46,582 bases of DNA from an uncultured Gammaproteobacteria bacterium. GTDB taxonomy: Bacteria; Pseudomonadota; Gammaproteobacteria; JACCXJ01. The stretch is taken from NCBI GenBank assembly GCA_963764725.1, contig CAVXTM010000006.1:1-46582 (forward strand). Direction: 5' to 3'. Made by a program: the position numbers and the translations under genes. The notes beneath the pieces are model-generated. The model saw only the letters and a list, made by a program, of their open reading frames with translations, made no database searches and was not told where the DNA came from. Position 1 is the first letter of the stretch. The number at the start of each line of letters is the position of its first letter. Positions 1 to 10,715 of this stretch are shown here, piece by piece.

Positions 1-98
1 ACAGCGCCGCGTGATTGAAGGCCGCCTCCACCGCGCTGTTGATCTCCGGAAAATGCTGAACCGTCCGCGGCGCCCACACGCCTGAAGCCGCCCTGGTT

Positions 99-540
99 AT
101 GGGTATAGGGTATAGACTTTTAAACGCCCTTCGTCGACAAGGAAGTACCGCTGGGCCCTGTGGGCTATCAAACACGCGAAATCTCGGTCCAGAATTGGAA
201 ATTTTACTGATGGTCACCTCGGGCTATGCATCGCTGCCTGCTCGTCGCGCCCCTGTCTACTCGGCCACCAAGGCCGGTCTACGCGCGTTTACCCGCGCCC
301 TTCGCTATCAGCTCGAGGGTAGCGGGATGCCGTGTGGTTGAAACCTTACCCCCCATCGTCGATACGCCGCTGACCGCCAATATTCGCGGACGTAAGATGA
401 GCCCTGCAGCGGTGGTCGATGCGAAGCTACGCGCGATCGAGCGCGGTCGAGACGAGGTGTTCGTCGGCCAGGTAAGATATCTCCCCTGGCTCATGCGCCT
501 GGCACCCGGCCTGGCAGCACACCTTGTGGCCAACTCTTGA
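99..540 (+). pseudogene. Short-chain dehydrogenase/reductase (DltE-like), internally deleted and frameshifted
   Basis: ORF 99..341 has a GIG remnant and the catalytic YSATK motif (VTSG...PVYSATKAGLRAFTRALRYQL). The C-terminus (RVVETLPPIVDTPLT...) is in another frame (226..540), with the shift near 328. The NNAG region is absent. Confidence 0.75.
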
Positions 541-659
541 ACGGGTAGCGCTCCTCCTGCGGAGAGTGCCGGTCGCGATGCGCTGAACAATGGACCGCAT
601 GAGAAGGGCCGGATTCGGATAATAGGGATTCGCCTGGACCGCTCATCATGGCTTCTAGT

Positions 660-1497
660 CTACGCAAGGGTGACTTCGGGCGGCGTCGGCTTTTGCATTA
701 GCCAGTCCTTGGTAAGGCAGGCTTTAACCAGCGCAAGCAGATCCTGGAAATCGGACACGACAGCATCGGGCTTGTGTGGGTGCTCGGGCGTCACGGGAAA
801 AATCTGCGCCAGCCACTGGGGGCTCCAGGCAGCGCCATTATAGAAAACGTTGGTGATGCCAGCGGTCTTCGCGGCCACCGTGTCCGTGGTGCTGTCTCCC
901 ACATACCAGCAATCCGGACCGGGCTTTCGCTTGAGATTCGAAAGCGCTTTGAGGATCACATCCGGTGCGGGCTTTCTCTTGCCGCAGGCATCGCCGCCGA
1001 CCACGGTAGAGAACTGCTCGCGCCAAGCGCCGGAATCCACCACATCCAGCTCGTGGTCCAGGAATTCCCGCTTGCGATTGGTACACACACCCAGTATCAA
1101 GCCCAGCCCCTTAAGCTCCTGCAGTACTTGCGCGATACTCTCCTCAAACGGGTGAACCTCACCGTAATGGGTGCGGTAGTGGCGATCGAACTCCTCGTGC
1201 GCAGAGTGCTTGGCTTGCTCATCCCGACCGAAAAGGACCTCGAAGAGATCCGTGCGCGAGACCTTTTTCTCCGCCTCCACCTTTGGATGCAATCGCTGGA
1301 GCTCTCGCACGTAGGCGACCAGCTTCGCATCCTCGGCATTCTTGCTCTCCCCCGGTGGGGTCAAGTGATCGATGAGCCCTAAATCGACGATGTTAGCCAG
1401 CATATCATCGATGGCGTGATAGACGGCATCGAGGGTGTTGAACCAAGGTGGCATGCCAATCAAACAGAATCACCGTTGGGGATGCAAGCGTAGGCAT
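660..1497 (-). pseudogene. HAD-family hydrolase (phosphoglycolate phosphatase-like) with +1 frameshift near 1441
   Basis: ATG at 1497 reads MPTLASPTVILFDWHATLV (motif I region). The rest (VCTNRK, KPAPD, YVGDSTTD) is in frame 660..1463. Total length 838 nt = 3n+1; possibly a sequencing error. Confidence 0.75.
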
Positions 1498-1746
1498 AGC
1501 AAGCTAATACTACAAGAAGTTACTCCGAGAGCTACTGTTCGCCCGTTGACGATCGTGCCCCGGCAGCGGTCTCAGCCGAGCCCGGCGTCATTGCTCGTTT
1601 GCTGCGTGTTCCTCTGCCGGTCGCACTTGAACAACTGGCTCAGCATGCGTGTATTCGTCCACCCACTGGGAAGGGCGTCGGTCTCCGGCGATGGTCGATC
1701 CTGGCTCTATGCTTTCCCCGTATTCCGCCGCCTCTCCACCAAAAAT

Positions 1747-2823
1747 CTAGTTGCGCTGGTATGTCCCGATTAGTTGCACCTGGCCGAGGATATGATCCCG
1801 CATCGCGTATTCCAGGGCTGCCGCAGTCGGGTTGCCGAGATCGGGCAACACCACATCGAGCGCATAGAGCTTGTGGAAGTAGCGATGGCGGCCGATCGGC
1901 GGGCAGGGCCCCCCGTACCCCGTGCGCTTCCAGTCGTTTAACCCCTCGCGTGTGCCGGACGGCAGATCGCGCAGAGCGACCGCCTCCGGGAGCCCGGCGA
2001 CGGTCGGCGGAAGGTTGTAGAGCACCCAGTGCACCCAGGTCATCTTCGGGGCTGCCGGATCGGGGGCGTCAGGGTCGTCGAGGATGAGGGCCAGGCTTTT
2101 CGTTTCCGAGGGAATTCCGGTCCAGGCCAATGGCGGTGAGATTGTATTGCTCCGATTTCCCCGGACACGATGTAAAGTTAGACATGAGGTTTGTGGCGTG
2201 AAGGGGAACGGCTATGGGCAAGAAATCGGAAATGAGCGTTGAACAACGTACGCAACTGGTGGTGCGGATCTGAGCAAGGAGGAGCCGGCGGCGCAGATTG
2301 CGCGGCGGGCGGGGATTGCCGAGGCGACGCTGTACCGCTGGCGTGATGAGTTCATCAATGCTGGCAAGCGGGCGCTGAATGGAGGTGGCGACGCTGGCGG
2401 CCAAGGAGAGTGCACGGCTGAATGCGCAACTGGCCGAGCGTGACCAGGTGATTGGCGAGCTGACCATTGCCAATCGCATTTTAAAAAAACTCTCGGGCGG
2501 CTCGCCCTGAGTGCCGAGTTCCGTGCCATGGTCACCCAACTGATTGAAACGGCGGAATCCCCGGTGCGGCTGAAGCGGTTGCCTGATACCGGTGAACACT
2601 CTCACAAAATCAGGTCGGACGTGTCCAGTTGATTTCGGAGCCAAGACAAGATGTCTTTGCCGTCGCAGGTGTATGCTTGGGGGATGGTGCCGTTGTGGGT
2701 GAAGGCCGACGAAGTCAGTGACAGGCTCATGGGTTTTGCCTCCTTCTCACCCGCCAGGCCATGGGCCACCAGCGCGAGCAGGCACAGCGTGACGATGATG
2801 AATCCGATCGCGGACCGATGCAT
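1747..2823 (-). pseudogene. YbhB/YbcL (PEBP, Raf kinase inhibitor-like) protein with signal peptide, split by an IS remnant
   Basis: The N-part ...LTSSAFTHNGTIPQAYTCDGKDI (2649-2823) and C-part ISPPLAWTG...DDPDAP...WVHW...YGGPCPPIGRHRYF (1747-2142) join in frame when 2143-2648 and one AGAT copy are removed. Confidence 0.9.
2143..2648 (+). mobile_element. Internally deleted, non-autonomous IS3-family element (506 bp)
   Basis: TG...CA ends. IRL TGTATTGCTCCGATTTCCCCGGACACG vs IRR (reverse complement) TGTCTTGGCTCCGAAATCAACTGGACACG. 4-bp target duplication AGAT (2139-2142, 2649-2652). Frameshifted orfA HTH (2214-2510, AQIARRAGIAEATLYRWRDEF...ILKK) with an A7 run at 2483-2489. No orfB DDE domain. 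Confidence 0.9.
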
Positions 2824-3181
2824 GGAACACGTTCCCTCCTTGCCTGCGGGATTTGCCGTTGCCATCATAGACAGCGTGCCGCAGTTCCTCAAGGCAGAGG
2901 TGCAGAATTGTGTTTGCCTTATGCAGCCAAGGCCAGAGTCATGGCGCTGGCGGAACGAGTGCCGCTACCGTTGGCATGCTGCACTTGCCGCGGTAGCGAG
3001 ACCAACCCAGTCAGATCAGCCTCGCATGGCCATCTGTACCGCGGTGTCGGTGTTCCACCTGTGTCCTCCCACACGGTTCCACCGTTTCGCTGTATTAACG
3101 ATGCACCTTGTTTACCGCATCATGTTCTGCGCAAGCAGCCGTCCAAAAATTACGGAGATAGGTGCCGCGTTTCGCAAGCTT

Positions 3182-3277
3182 TCAATCTTTAGACTGAGTG
3201 TGAAGCCCGACGGCACTCGCATAGAACTCTACAGCCTTATCAAGGTCGTCAACGTCAATGTTGATTAGTAGCTTCAT
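3182..3277 (-). pseudogene. N-terminal fragment of a VOC/glyoxalase-family protein (31 aa)
   Basis: Reads MKLLINIDVDDLDKAVEFYASAVGL then stops. This is a typical VOC first beta-alpha motif, below the ORF-track length cut-off. Confidence 0.6.
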
Positions 3278-3393
3278 CGTTGTCACTGGATACACACCCG
3301 GGTCACAGTAGGGCGTCGGACTGCCTGGGCGCACGTGAAGGTTGCGGGTCGCTCCTTTGGTGTTGGACGGTCGGTCCTACACCTACCATCCTA

Positions 3394-4218
3394 TTAATGC
3401 CATGCGGCGGGATCCACCCGGTAGTAGTCCCGCAGCGCCGCGTAGAGCGTAGGGTGCTCTCTAGATAGGCGTTCCGGCTGTTCGAAGAAGGACTCTGTGG
3501 CCACGGCGAAGAACTCGCCGGCGTCCTCGGCGCCGTAGTGGGCCATGACCGTCGCCTCCCCGCGCGATGCCTTGTCGCGCAGCGTTCGGAACTCACTGCC
3601 CAGCACTTCCGCCCACATCCGGTAACGGGCTGCGCTGTCGAGCACCGGCGTCCCGTCTGCGATCCCGTCCTCCTGGTCCAGTTGGTGGGCGAACTCATGG
3701 AGGACGACGTTCTCACCCTCAAAGCGATCCCCTGCATCACCCTCCACCTCGTCCCAGGCGATGATCACCCGGCCCACCTCCCAGGACTCCCCGATACGAG
3801 GCTCACGACGAGTCGTGCAGACCCCCGCCGCGTCTACCAGCTCGCGGTTGACGATGAAGGCCGAAGGGTAGACCAGGATCGATTGGAGCTTTCTATAGTT
3901 ATCGGTCTTGCGGTTCAGTATGAGAAGACAGGCTTGCGCGGCGATGAGCACCCGTATCGCATCACTGATCTCCAATCCACCACAGCCGTAGAAGCGCTTC
4001 TCGGCGAGGAAGACCGGGATATGTCGCCGCAGTTCTTGTCTTAAGAGCTCAGGCATCCGCGGGTAGAAGCGCAGACGTTCGAACAGGATTCTCTCCCACT
4101 CCGCGGGAAAAGGGGTCCGTTGCAGGCGCTGGCGGCGCCGAGCCTTGAGCACCGGCGGGCCGAGCAGGAAGGTGGCCAACAGTGCGCCCATGAGGAAAAG
4201 GGGGATCAGCGGTTCCAT
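3394..4218 (-). CDS. MtfA-like zinc-dependent peptidase (M90)
   Basis: IAAQACLL, ILVYPSAF, GENVVLHEFAHQLD (HExxH), EFFAVATESFFEQP. N-terminal hydrophobic anchor. Alternative start at 4248. Confidence 0.9.
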   Translation of the reverse strand: MEPLIPLFLMGALLATFLLGPPVLKARRRQRLQRTPFPAEWERILFERLRFYPRMPELLRQELRRHIPVFLAEKRFYGCGGLEISDAIRVLIAAQACLLILNRKTDNYRKLQSILVYPSAFIVNRELVDAAGVCTTRREPRIGESWEVGRVIIAWDEVEGDAGDRFEGENVVLHEFAHQLDQEDGIADGTPVLDSAARYRMWAEVLGSEFRTLRDKASRGEATVMAHYGAEDAGEFFAVATESFFEQPERLSREHPTLYAALRDYYRVDPAAWH

Positions 4219-4244
4219 ACAACGGCGGCTTAGCGCTGCTCGGC

Positions 4245-5249
4245 TCAATGCACCTCCAAGGCCTCCACGCGGCCCGAGACCGAGAGCCCGGGATGCGTGC
4301 CGCCGCCGATCACGTAGAGGACGTTACCCACGACCGCCGCGGCGAGGCCATGCCGGGCCGTCGGTAAGGGGGGCAGGCTCAGCCAGCGGTTGCTCTCTGG
4401 ATCAAAGGCTTCGACCTCCGCGTGGGTCGCGCTCGGACGCTCTCCACCCACTACGACGAAAAGCCCGTCGAAGGCCGCCCCCGCCACCCCGCCGCGAGCA
4501 GTGGGCATGTTCGCTCCCACGTTCCAGGTGTCAGCCGTCGGATCGTAGACCTCGAGCGTGGCCAGGTTCTTCGAGAAGCTCTGCTCGCGCCCGCCGCCGA
4601 GGTAGAGCCGGCCGTGCAGTGCGGCGGCCGCCAGGTGGTCCCGGCGGGTCGGCGCCGGCCGCCGTTCCTCCCAGCGGTCCGCTACGGTGTCGTAGACGTA
4701 AAGCTCATTCGCGAGCCCCTCGGGCCCTACGCCGCCGACGAGATAGAGCTTGCCGCCGAGCGCGGCCGCGGCCATGGCCCCTCGCGCCGCCGGCAGCGGG
4801 GCCACTGGCCTCCATGACGTAGTCCGTGCATCCAGCGCGTAGACCTCGGCATGGGGTTCGAAGCTCGAACCGGTGTAACCGCCCAGCGCGTAGAGGGCGT
4901 CGCCCGCTGTGACGGCCACGATGTGGTGGCGGGGTGCCGGCAGGTCGGGGCCAGCGGTCCAAAGCCCGCCGGCAGGGTCGTCGATCTCGACGGTCGCGAC
5001 CGTCCGGCCGAGGCCATCGAATCCTCCAATCACATAGATCTTGCCCGCGAGCACCGCCGCGGCGATCTCCGTGCGGGGTGTGGGCATAGCCGTGCTTACC
5101 CCCCAGGTGTAGGTGCGCACCCGCCCGGCGCGTTCGATAGTCGCAGGCTGCGGGATTTGGGCCGAGACGCCAACCCCACGCACGTAGTAGAGATAGGCCG
5201 CACCCCCTATCAAGAGCAGCAGCACCACGATGGCCGTCACCTTGCGCAT
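4245..5249 (-). CDS. Kelch-repeat beta-propeller protein with N-terminal membrane anchor/signal
   Basis: Six repeats of the form PtaR...aa..gklYviGG...vevyDp...W; hydrophobic N-terminus. Confidence 0.9.
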   Translation of the reverse strand: MRKVTAIVVLLLLIGGAAYLYYVRGVGVSAQIPQPATIERAGRVRTYTWGVSTAMPTPRTEIAAAVLAGKIYVIGGFDGLGRTVATVEIDDPAGGLWTAGPDLPAPRHHIVAVTAGDALYALGGYTGSSFEPHAEVYALDARTTSWRPVAPLPAARGAMAAAALGGKLYLVGGVGPEGLANELYVYDTVADRWEERRPAPTRRDHLAAAALHGRLYLGGGREQSFSKNLATLEVYDPTADTWNVGANMPTARGGVAGAAFDGLFVVVGGERPSATHAEVEAFDPESNRWLSLPPLPTARHGLAAAVVGNVLYVIGGGTHPGLSVSGRVEALEVH

Positions 5250-5322
5250 GCCATGAGTTTAGCGCAGGGCGCCGCCCCCTGACGACTCGGTGGAAGGACG
5301 GACCGCCGGTCTTCGTTGGAGG

Positions 5323-5790
5323 CTAACCGGCACTCAGATCACGCGCCATGCGGATCGCGGCTTCAATGCCCTGATAATAGCGAGGGACGTGAGCGACAGA
5401 GCGATATCCCAGCGCTTGGTAGAAGGCGCGGGTACCCCGGTTACTGGCGCGCACTTCCAGATAGACAACGAAGCTACCGGCCACCGTGCAGGATCCCTCA
5501 AGCCAGCGAACGAGACGTCGGCCAAGGCCTGCACGACGGTAGCTCGGGTCTACTGCTAACAGACCCAAATGCGCCTCCTCTTCAAGGAATTCCATGATGG
5601 CAAAGCCCCGCATCCGAGGGCCATCACGCGCACTCAAGACGACCGTATCAGGACACTGAATCGATCGTCTCACTCGATCCGGTGTCCACGACCAACCGAG
5701 GCCCACCTCAACGAGGTCGCGTGACATGCAAGCGATTGGCTCGGCATCAGCGAGTGCCGCTAAATGCAGTGTGGGGCTCTGGCATTTCAT
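5323..5790 (-). CDS. GNAT acetyltransferase (RimI-like)
   Basis: LLAVDPSYRRAGLGRRL acetyl-CoA motif, LEVRASN, FYQALGY, PRYY. Starts 6 nt after the dinB stop. Confidence 0.88.
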   Translation of the reverse strand: MKCQSPTLHLAALADAEPIACMSRDLVEVGLGWSWTPDRVRRSIQCPDTVVLSARDGPRMRGFAIMEFLEEEAHLGLLAVDPSYRRAGLGRRLVRWLEGSCTVAGSFVVYLEVRASNRGTRAFYQALGYRSVAHVPRYYQGIEAAIRMARDLSAG

Positions 5791-5796
5791 TCCAAT

Positions 5797-6967
5797 CTAC
5801 CGTTGGGTATCGGTCGGCGGCTCATGGCTCATATCGCGGTCTCCGTCAGGGCAGACAGCGGGCGTACTGAGCTCGCCAACGTACCGCGAGGGCCTAAGCG
5901 ACGTGACCCTGATCCCGAGCAAGCGTAGTTTTCGATCGAGCGCTACCCGCTGAAGACAGGTTCGCGCTGCAGCTCGGATGCTCTCCGGATCCGCCGTCGC
6001 TTGCTCTAGCGTGACGTCGCGGGTCACGGTCCGGAAATCATCATAGCGGAGTTTGATACCGATGGTCTTCCCGAGGTAACTCTTACGGCCGAGATCGCCA
6101 CTGACGCGCTGGCACAGCCCCAGCAGGATGTTGGACAGGGCCGCTCGGTCACGCTTCGGATGCAAATCGTGTTCGAAGGTGGTTTCGCAACTAATGGACT
6201 TGGGCTCTCGGCGCGTGACCACCGGGCGTTCATCGCGTCCGTGGGCGGCGTCAGTCAGCCAAGTCCCGTAGTGCAGGCCAAACCTCGCTACCAGCATTGC
6301 GGGATCCGTGTGGGCCAGGTCGCCAACGGTGTGAATACCGAGTGCAGCGAGCTTTGCATTCGCCTTCGGGCCGATGCCGCTGATGCTCCGCGCCGGCAGC
6401 GGCCAGATACGGGTGGGGAGATCTGCATAGGAAAGTACCGTCAATCCGTCCGGTTTCTGCAGCTCCGAGGCGAGCTTGGCGAGGAGCTTATTGGGTGTGA
6501 TCCCAATTGAGCAAGACAAACCGGTTGCGCGTCGCACCTTGCTCTTGATGCGCTGCGCGAGTTCTACGGTGACACCGTGAAACGTTGGTCAGATCGATAT
6601 AAATCTCGTCGATGCCACGGTCTTCAATTTCCGGTGCGATTTCGGCGACGGCCGCTTTGAACAAGCGAGAGTAATGTCGATATTGTTCGAAGTCCGCCGG
6701 TAGCAAGATCGCATCAGGCGCGAGCCTCGCGGCTTTCATGATGCCCGTGCCTGAGTGGACGCCGAATGCCCGCGCCTCATAGGTCGCGGTGGTGACGACA
6801 CCTCGCCCAACATAATCACGAAGGCGAGGAAAGGTGTCCCCCGTCCGGAGGTGCCCGTGATGCCGACCGCCAATCACCACTGGCAAGCCTCTCAATTGTG
6901 GATACCGCAAGAGCTCCACCGATGCATAAAAGGCATCCATGTCCAGATGGGCGACTCGTCGCTGCAT
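5797..6967 (-). pseudogene. dinB: DNA polymerase IV (Y family), split by a +1 frameshift near 6578
   Basis: HLDMDAFYASVE, TYEARAFGV, GIDEIYID in 6488..7009. TGLSCSIGI, NKLLAKLAS..KPDG, KSISCETTF, LRLLGI in 5797..6537. 1171 nt = 3n+1; may be an assembly indel. Confidence 0.9.
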
Positions 6968-7013
6968 CAAACCGCCGATGGGGTGAGGGGGAAGTAGCGC
7001 GGAGATCAATAGA

Positions 7014-8225
7014 CTAGCTGCTTGCGTTTATCCGCTCAAGCAAGCGTGCTTGACGGCCATGGTGTTGCCGATCCTCCGCTTGTACCTGCAAGAGTCGGCT
7101 GCTCCATAGCAAGGCCGTCCGAGGATCCCGGCGCACGTGTTCATAGTACTTCGCTAAGCGTTCCATCGCTAGGGCATGATCCTCATAAGCAAGTCGCGTC
7201 CAGATCTGCACGGCTTCCCGCCAAAGCCGGCGTTGCCGATGCAAATCGGCCAGCTCCATGAGCCCCGCCGCATCAAGTTCGTCGGCTCGGCCGCATAAGT
7301 ACTGATAAGCAATCGCTTCGTGACCTCGTTTGCGGAAACCGCGCGCAATGGCGTGTGTATCGGACTCCCCATATCCGGGTTCGGCATAGACGCGGACCAA
7401 CGTGGAGAGTAAGCCCGTCAGCGTTATCAAATCCAGCAAGTTGTGATGGAGGATGCGCGGCACCTCGGTGAACGCGCCCGAGCGTACAAACGCGGCCCAT
7501 GCCTCGGGCACAAGGTGGCCCGGCAAATCATCTTCTCGTTCAAAGGCGAGCAATTCGCGTTCGGCGGTCTGCAGACGGCAATCGGGCCAACGGCTCCCGA
7601 AGGCGCGGCGCGTGGGATGCAAGAGATCCAGGTGTTTTATTACCGAAAGGGGTTCCGCGAGGTGCGCTAGGCGGTAACGCGTTGTGAGAAGTGGTACATC
7701 GAAGGCCTTACCGTTGAAACTCACCAAATGCCGTGCCTGGCCATACCAGCTACATGCATCTTCCAGTAAAGTGGCTTCGCCCCGAAAGCCCGTGAGGAAC
7801 CATTGACATACGTGCAGCTCATCGCCATCGATGCGCGCGAGCCCTAATAAGAACGGTAGCGTCCCCGTGCCTCCCGCGAGGCCTGTGGTTTCGGTGTCGA
7901 GAAACAAGAGCTCGTTGGGCTCAATGGCGTCACCGCTGGTAAGTAGGGAGAAGCGCGTAAACGCCGTTGCCGAGACTCTCTCCCAACCGGGTACATGCGC
8001 CAGTAATCGACGCTGCTCGATACGGATCAGTCCGGGTGCGAGAGCCTGCCCCTGCAAGCGCGCAGCGACTTCTTGGTCATCGGTGCAGTCGCGCTTCGTG
8101 TGGGTCGCTTGCACGGTGAGGCGTCGCAGGCGTTCACTGATAGTCGTTTCTGGGATGGCAGGTTCGGCACTTGCCGGCGCGCCGCGTTGGCCTTTCAGAG
8201 CCGACAATCGTGCTTTCAGATCCAT
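7014..8225 (-). CDS. YprB/MrfB-like RNase H-fold (DEDD) exonuclease with C-terminal TPR-like helices
   Basis: FLDTETTGLAGGTGT, LVSFNGKAFDVPLL, HLDLLH, HNLLDL; C-terminal LAKYYEH repeat region; adjacent to a DUF1998 helicase. Confidence 0.9.
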   Translation of the reverse strand: MDLKARLSALKGQRGAPASAEPAIPETTISERLRRLTVQATHTKRDCTDDQEVAARLQGQALAPGLIRIEQRRLLAHVPGWERVSATAFTRFSLLTSGDAIEPNELLFLDTETTGLAGGTGTLPFLLGLARIDGDELHVCQWFLTGFRGEATLLEDACSWYGQARHLVSFNGKAFDVPLLTTRYRLAHLAEPLSVIKHLDLLHPTRRAFGSRWPDCRLQTAERELLAFEREDDLPGHLVPEAWAAFVRSGAFTEVPRILHHNLLDLITLTGLLSTLVRVYAEPGYGESDTHAIARGFRKRGHEAIAYQYLCGRADELDAAGLMELADLHRQRRLWREAVQIWTRLAYEDHALAMERLAKYYEHVRRDPRTALLWSSRLLQVQAEDRQHHGRQARLLERINASS

Positions 8226-8260
8226 GCGCCGCGGTAGTTAGTCTCAGTACCGACGAGCAC

Positions 8261-10646
8261 TTACCTTTGGAATAGCGCCAGCACACTCAAGGCGGCCGCC
8301 TTCGGTGAATGCGTTTCATCGGACGCTAGAATAGGACCGATGCAGGTTGGGCATCCCAGGAGGCAGGGACACGCGGCGATCAAGTCATGGGTTTTGGTCA
8401 CGGAGATCATAGAGCGGCGTGGATAGCCCTATGCCGCCTGGATAGTTGTCATAGAGGAAGACCGTAGGAAGGAAGGCTTGCGTTGATTGTTCGATATCGA
8501 TAGTCCCGCCATCGAAGGCTTGCGCCCGTCCGCGTCCATCCGGACCCGCCACGGCAAACCACGTGTGTTGACTATCGCCGACCGAGCGTCCTAGATCTTG
8601 CCGTTCAGACATCGTGAGCAGTGCCGCGACGTGGTGGAGGGCGTAGGCGGCGCCGAGAAATCCATCGAGAGCTTGCCATCGGGCGGGAAAGGCGGCTTCC
8701 AGCGCCGCAGGGTTTATTTGCCACCAAACAGCGGTCGTGTGCATTTCTTGATCGGGCAAATGGATGTTGCCGTAGCCGATGTTTTCGTGCGTGTAATAGC
8801 GGATCTTCTTGTAACCGGCAATGCGCCTAACTAAATGCACTTCGCCACGAGCACAGGCGGAACCTGAACGCTCTTGTTGCTCGAATTCGTCCAGGACTTT
8901 CAGTTTCGTATAGTCGATCGCATCGGTGTAATAGTCCGCCTGCGTACGGGTGACGAAGGCCTTGCGTCCTTCCCAGTCGAGCCGTTCGACTTGCCAGGGT
9001 TGGGCTTGGATGAGATAAATGGCGCCTTCGTAGATCGTCATCGGTGCGCTGGAGTAGTCGACTTCGGCAATGATCTCCTGCTTACCGCCGGTCGTATCGA
9101 TCACCACGAAGTTACCCTCGGCCACCGAGCGCAGGCTCACACTATTGGCAGGATAACTGTCGGCTATCCAGTGCCATTGAGGCGCTTCATGATGCAGGAT
9201 CCCGTGTTCTTCGAGATAAGCCAGGAGCTCATCGAGCGGTTCTTGACCGAATGGCTCGCCGTCCCTAAACGGTAACTCGAAGGCCGCGCAGCGGACGTGG
9301 TCCATGAGGATGAGCAATTGATCGGGTGCGATCCGCGCATGCTCGGGGGAGCTGCCCATGAAGAAATCGGGGTTGCGGACCAGGAATTGATCCAAGGGAT
9401 CACTGGTTGCGACCAAGACGCCGAGTGCTGCCCGCTGGCGGCGACCGGCCCGCCCAAGCCGCTGCCAGGTTCCGGCGATGGTGCCGGGATAGCCATTGAG
9501 TAGACAGACATCGAGAGCACCGATGTCGACACCCAATTCCAGGGCGCTGGTCGTGATGATACAGTCCAAGCGGCCGGCGCGCAGCTCCTTCTCGGTCGCG
9601 CGCCGCTCGCTCGGCAGGTAGCCGCCCCGATAAGCCCTCACCCGCGATGGCTTGCGCGGATCTCGATCAAATACATCCTTGAGATACTTGGTCAGCACTT
9701 CGACCATCAGCCGCGAGTTAGCAAAGACGATGGTTTTCAGTCCGTGTACCAGAGCGGATCTCGCGATACGAGTGACTTGCGAACGACTCGAGGCACGCAG
9801 ACCGAGGTCGGGATTGATGACCGGCGGATTCCAGAGGAGAAGATGCTTTTGCCCCTGCGGTGCACCGCTGTCTGTCACGGCGGCTATCGGACAGCCAATC
9901 AACTCTTCGGCGAGCTCGGCGGGATTAGCGATCGTGGCAGACGACAAGATGAAAATCGGATCGGATCCGTAGAAGCGGCATACCCGTCGCAGCCGACGGA
10001 TGACATTCGCCATATGCGAACCGAAGACACCGCGGTAGGTGTGCAATTCGTCGATGACGACAAAGCGTAAGGCCTCGAAGAATTGAGCCCATTTGGTGTG
10101 GTGGGGCAAGATCCCCTGGTGCAGCATGTCGGGGTTGGAGACAACGATATCGCCCCGAGTGCGCACCGCTTTGCGGGCGTCGCCTGGGGTATCACCGTCG
10201 AAGGTATACGCGCGGACGCCTAAGCCACCGGCCTGATTGAGTTCCAGAATTTCAGCGACTTGATCTTGCGATAGGGCTTTGGTCGGAAATAGGTAGAGCG
10301 ACTTGGCTTGGTCCTGGAGCGCCGCCTGGAGTACCGGCAGGTTATAGCAAAGCGTCTTCCCAGAAGCCGTCGGCGTGACGATCACCGTCGGCCTTCCTTG
10401 CGCAACTAAGTCCCAGGCCTCCCGTTGATGTCGGTAGAGCCGTTCGATGCCGCGCTTACGGAGCGCGGACACGAGTCTTAAATCCAGCTCCGGCGGGAAT
10501 TCGGCATACCGACCTTCGCGGGCGGGGATGACGCGTTCTCCGGTGATCCGGCCAGCGTATTTGCGTTTGAGGCCTGCGATGAATGTGTCGACGCTAAGGG
10601 GGCGCGCGCGGGTAGCATCCGTTGGCTGCTCGGCGAGGTTACGCAT
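8261..10646 (-). CDS. YprA/MrfA (SftH/Hrq1-like) DEAH helicase with DUF1998 Zn domain; last ~43 codons out of frame
   Basis: TPTASGKT, DELH, SATIAN, TSALELGVDIG, QRLGRAGR, LYDNYPGGIG. The C-terminal CPCLLGCPTC lies in another frame from ~8390 to the stop at 8261. Likely start MRNLAEQ at 10646. Confidence 0.9.
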
Positions 10647-10650
10647 GGCT

Positions 10651-10665
10651 GTTCTCAATTGGTTC
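10651..10665. promoter_or_regulatory. Putative LexA (SOS) box, direct repeat GTTC-N7-GTTC
   Basis: GTTC tcaattg GTTC, 4 bp upstream of the helicase ATG and 50 bp upstream of lexA. Identical to the established alphaproteobacterial LexA box. Confidence 0.7.
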
Positions 10666-10715
10666 TTATTTGTGAGAATATAGGAGCCTTCGATCATGTG
10701 CAAGAGCAAGCAGGA

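Noticed and set aside
101-114. GGGTATA tandem duplication as an IS excision footprint
   Set aside because: It encodes the GIG residues of the SDR nucleotide-binding remnant, and two copies of 7 bp are weak evidence.
4245-5100. Periodic GC-rich repeats as a CRISPR or tandem array
   Set aside because: The periodicity is protein-level Kelch repeats; no identical DNA repeats or cas genes were seen anywhere in the window.
6560-6590. Programmed ribosomal frameshift in dinB
   Set aside because: No slippery heptamer or stimulatory structure was seen, and neighbouring genes have similar breaks, so mutation or error is more likely.
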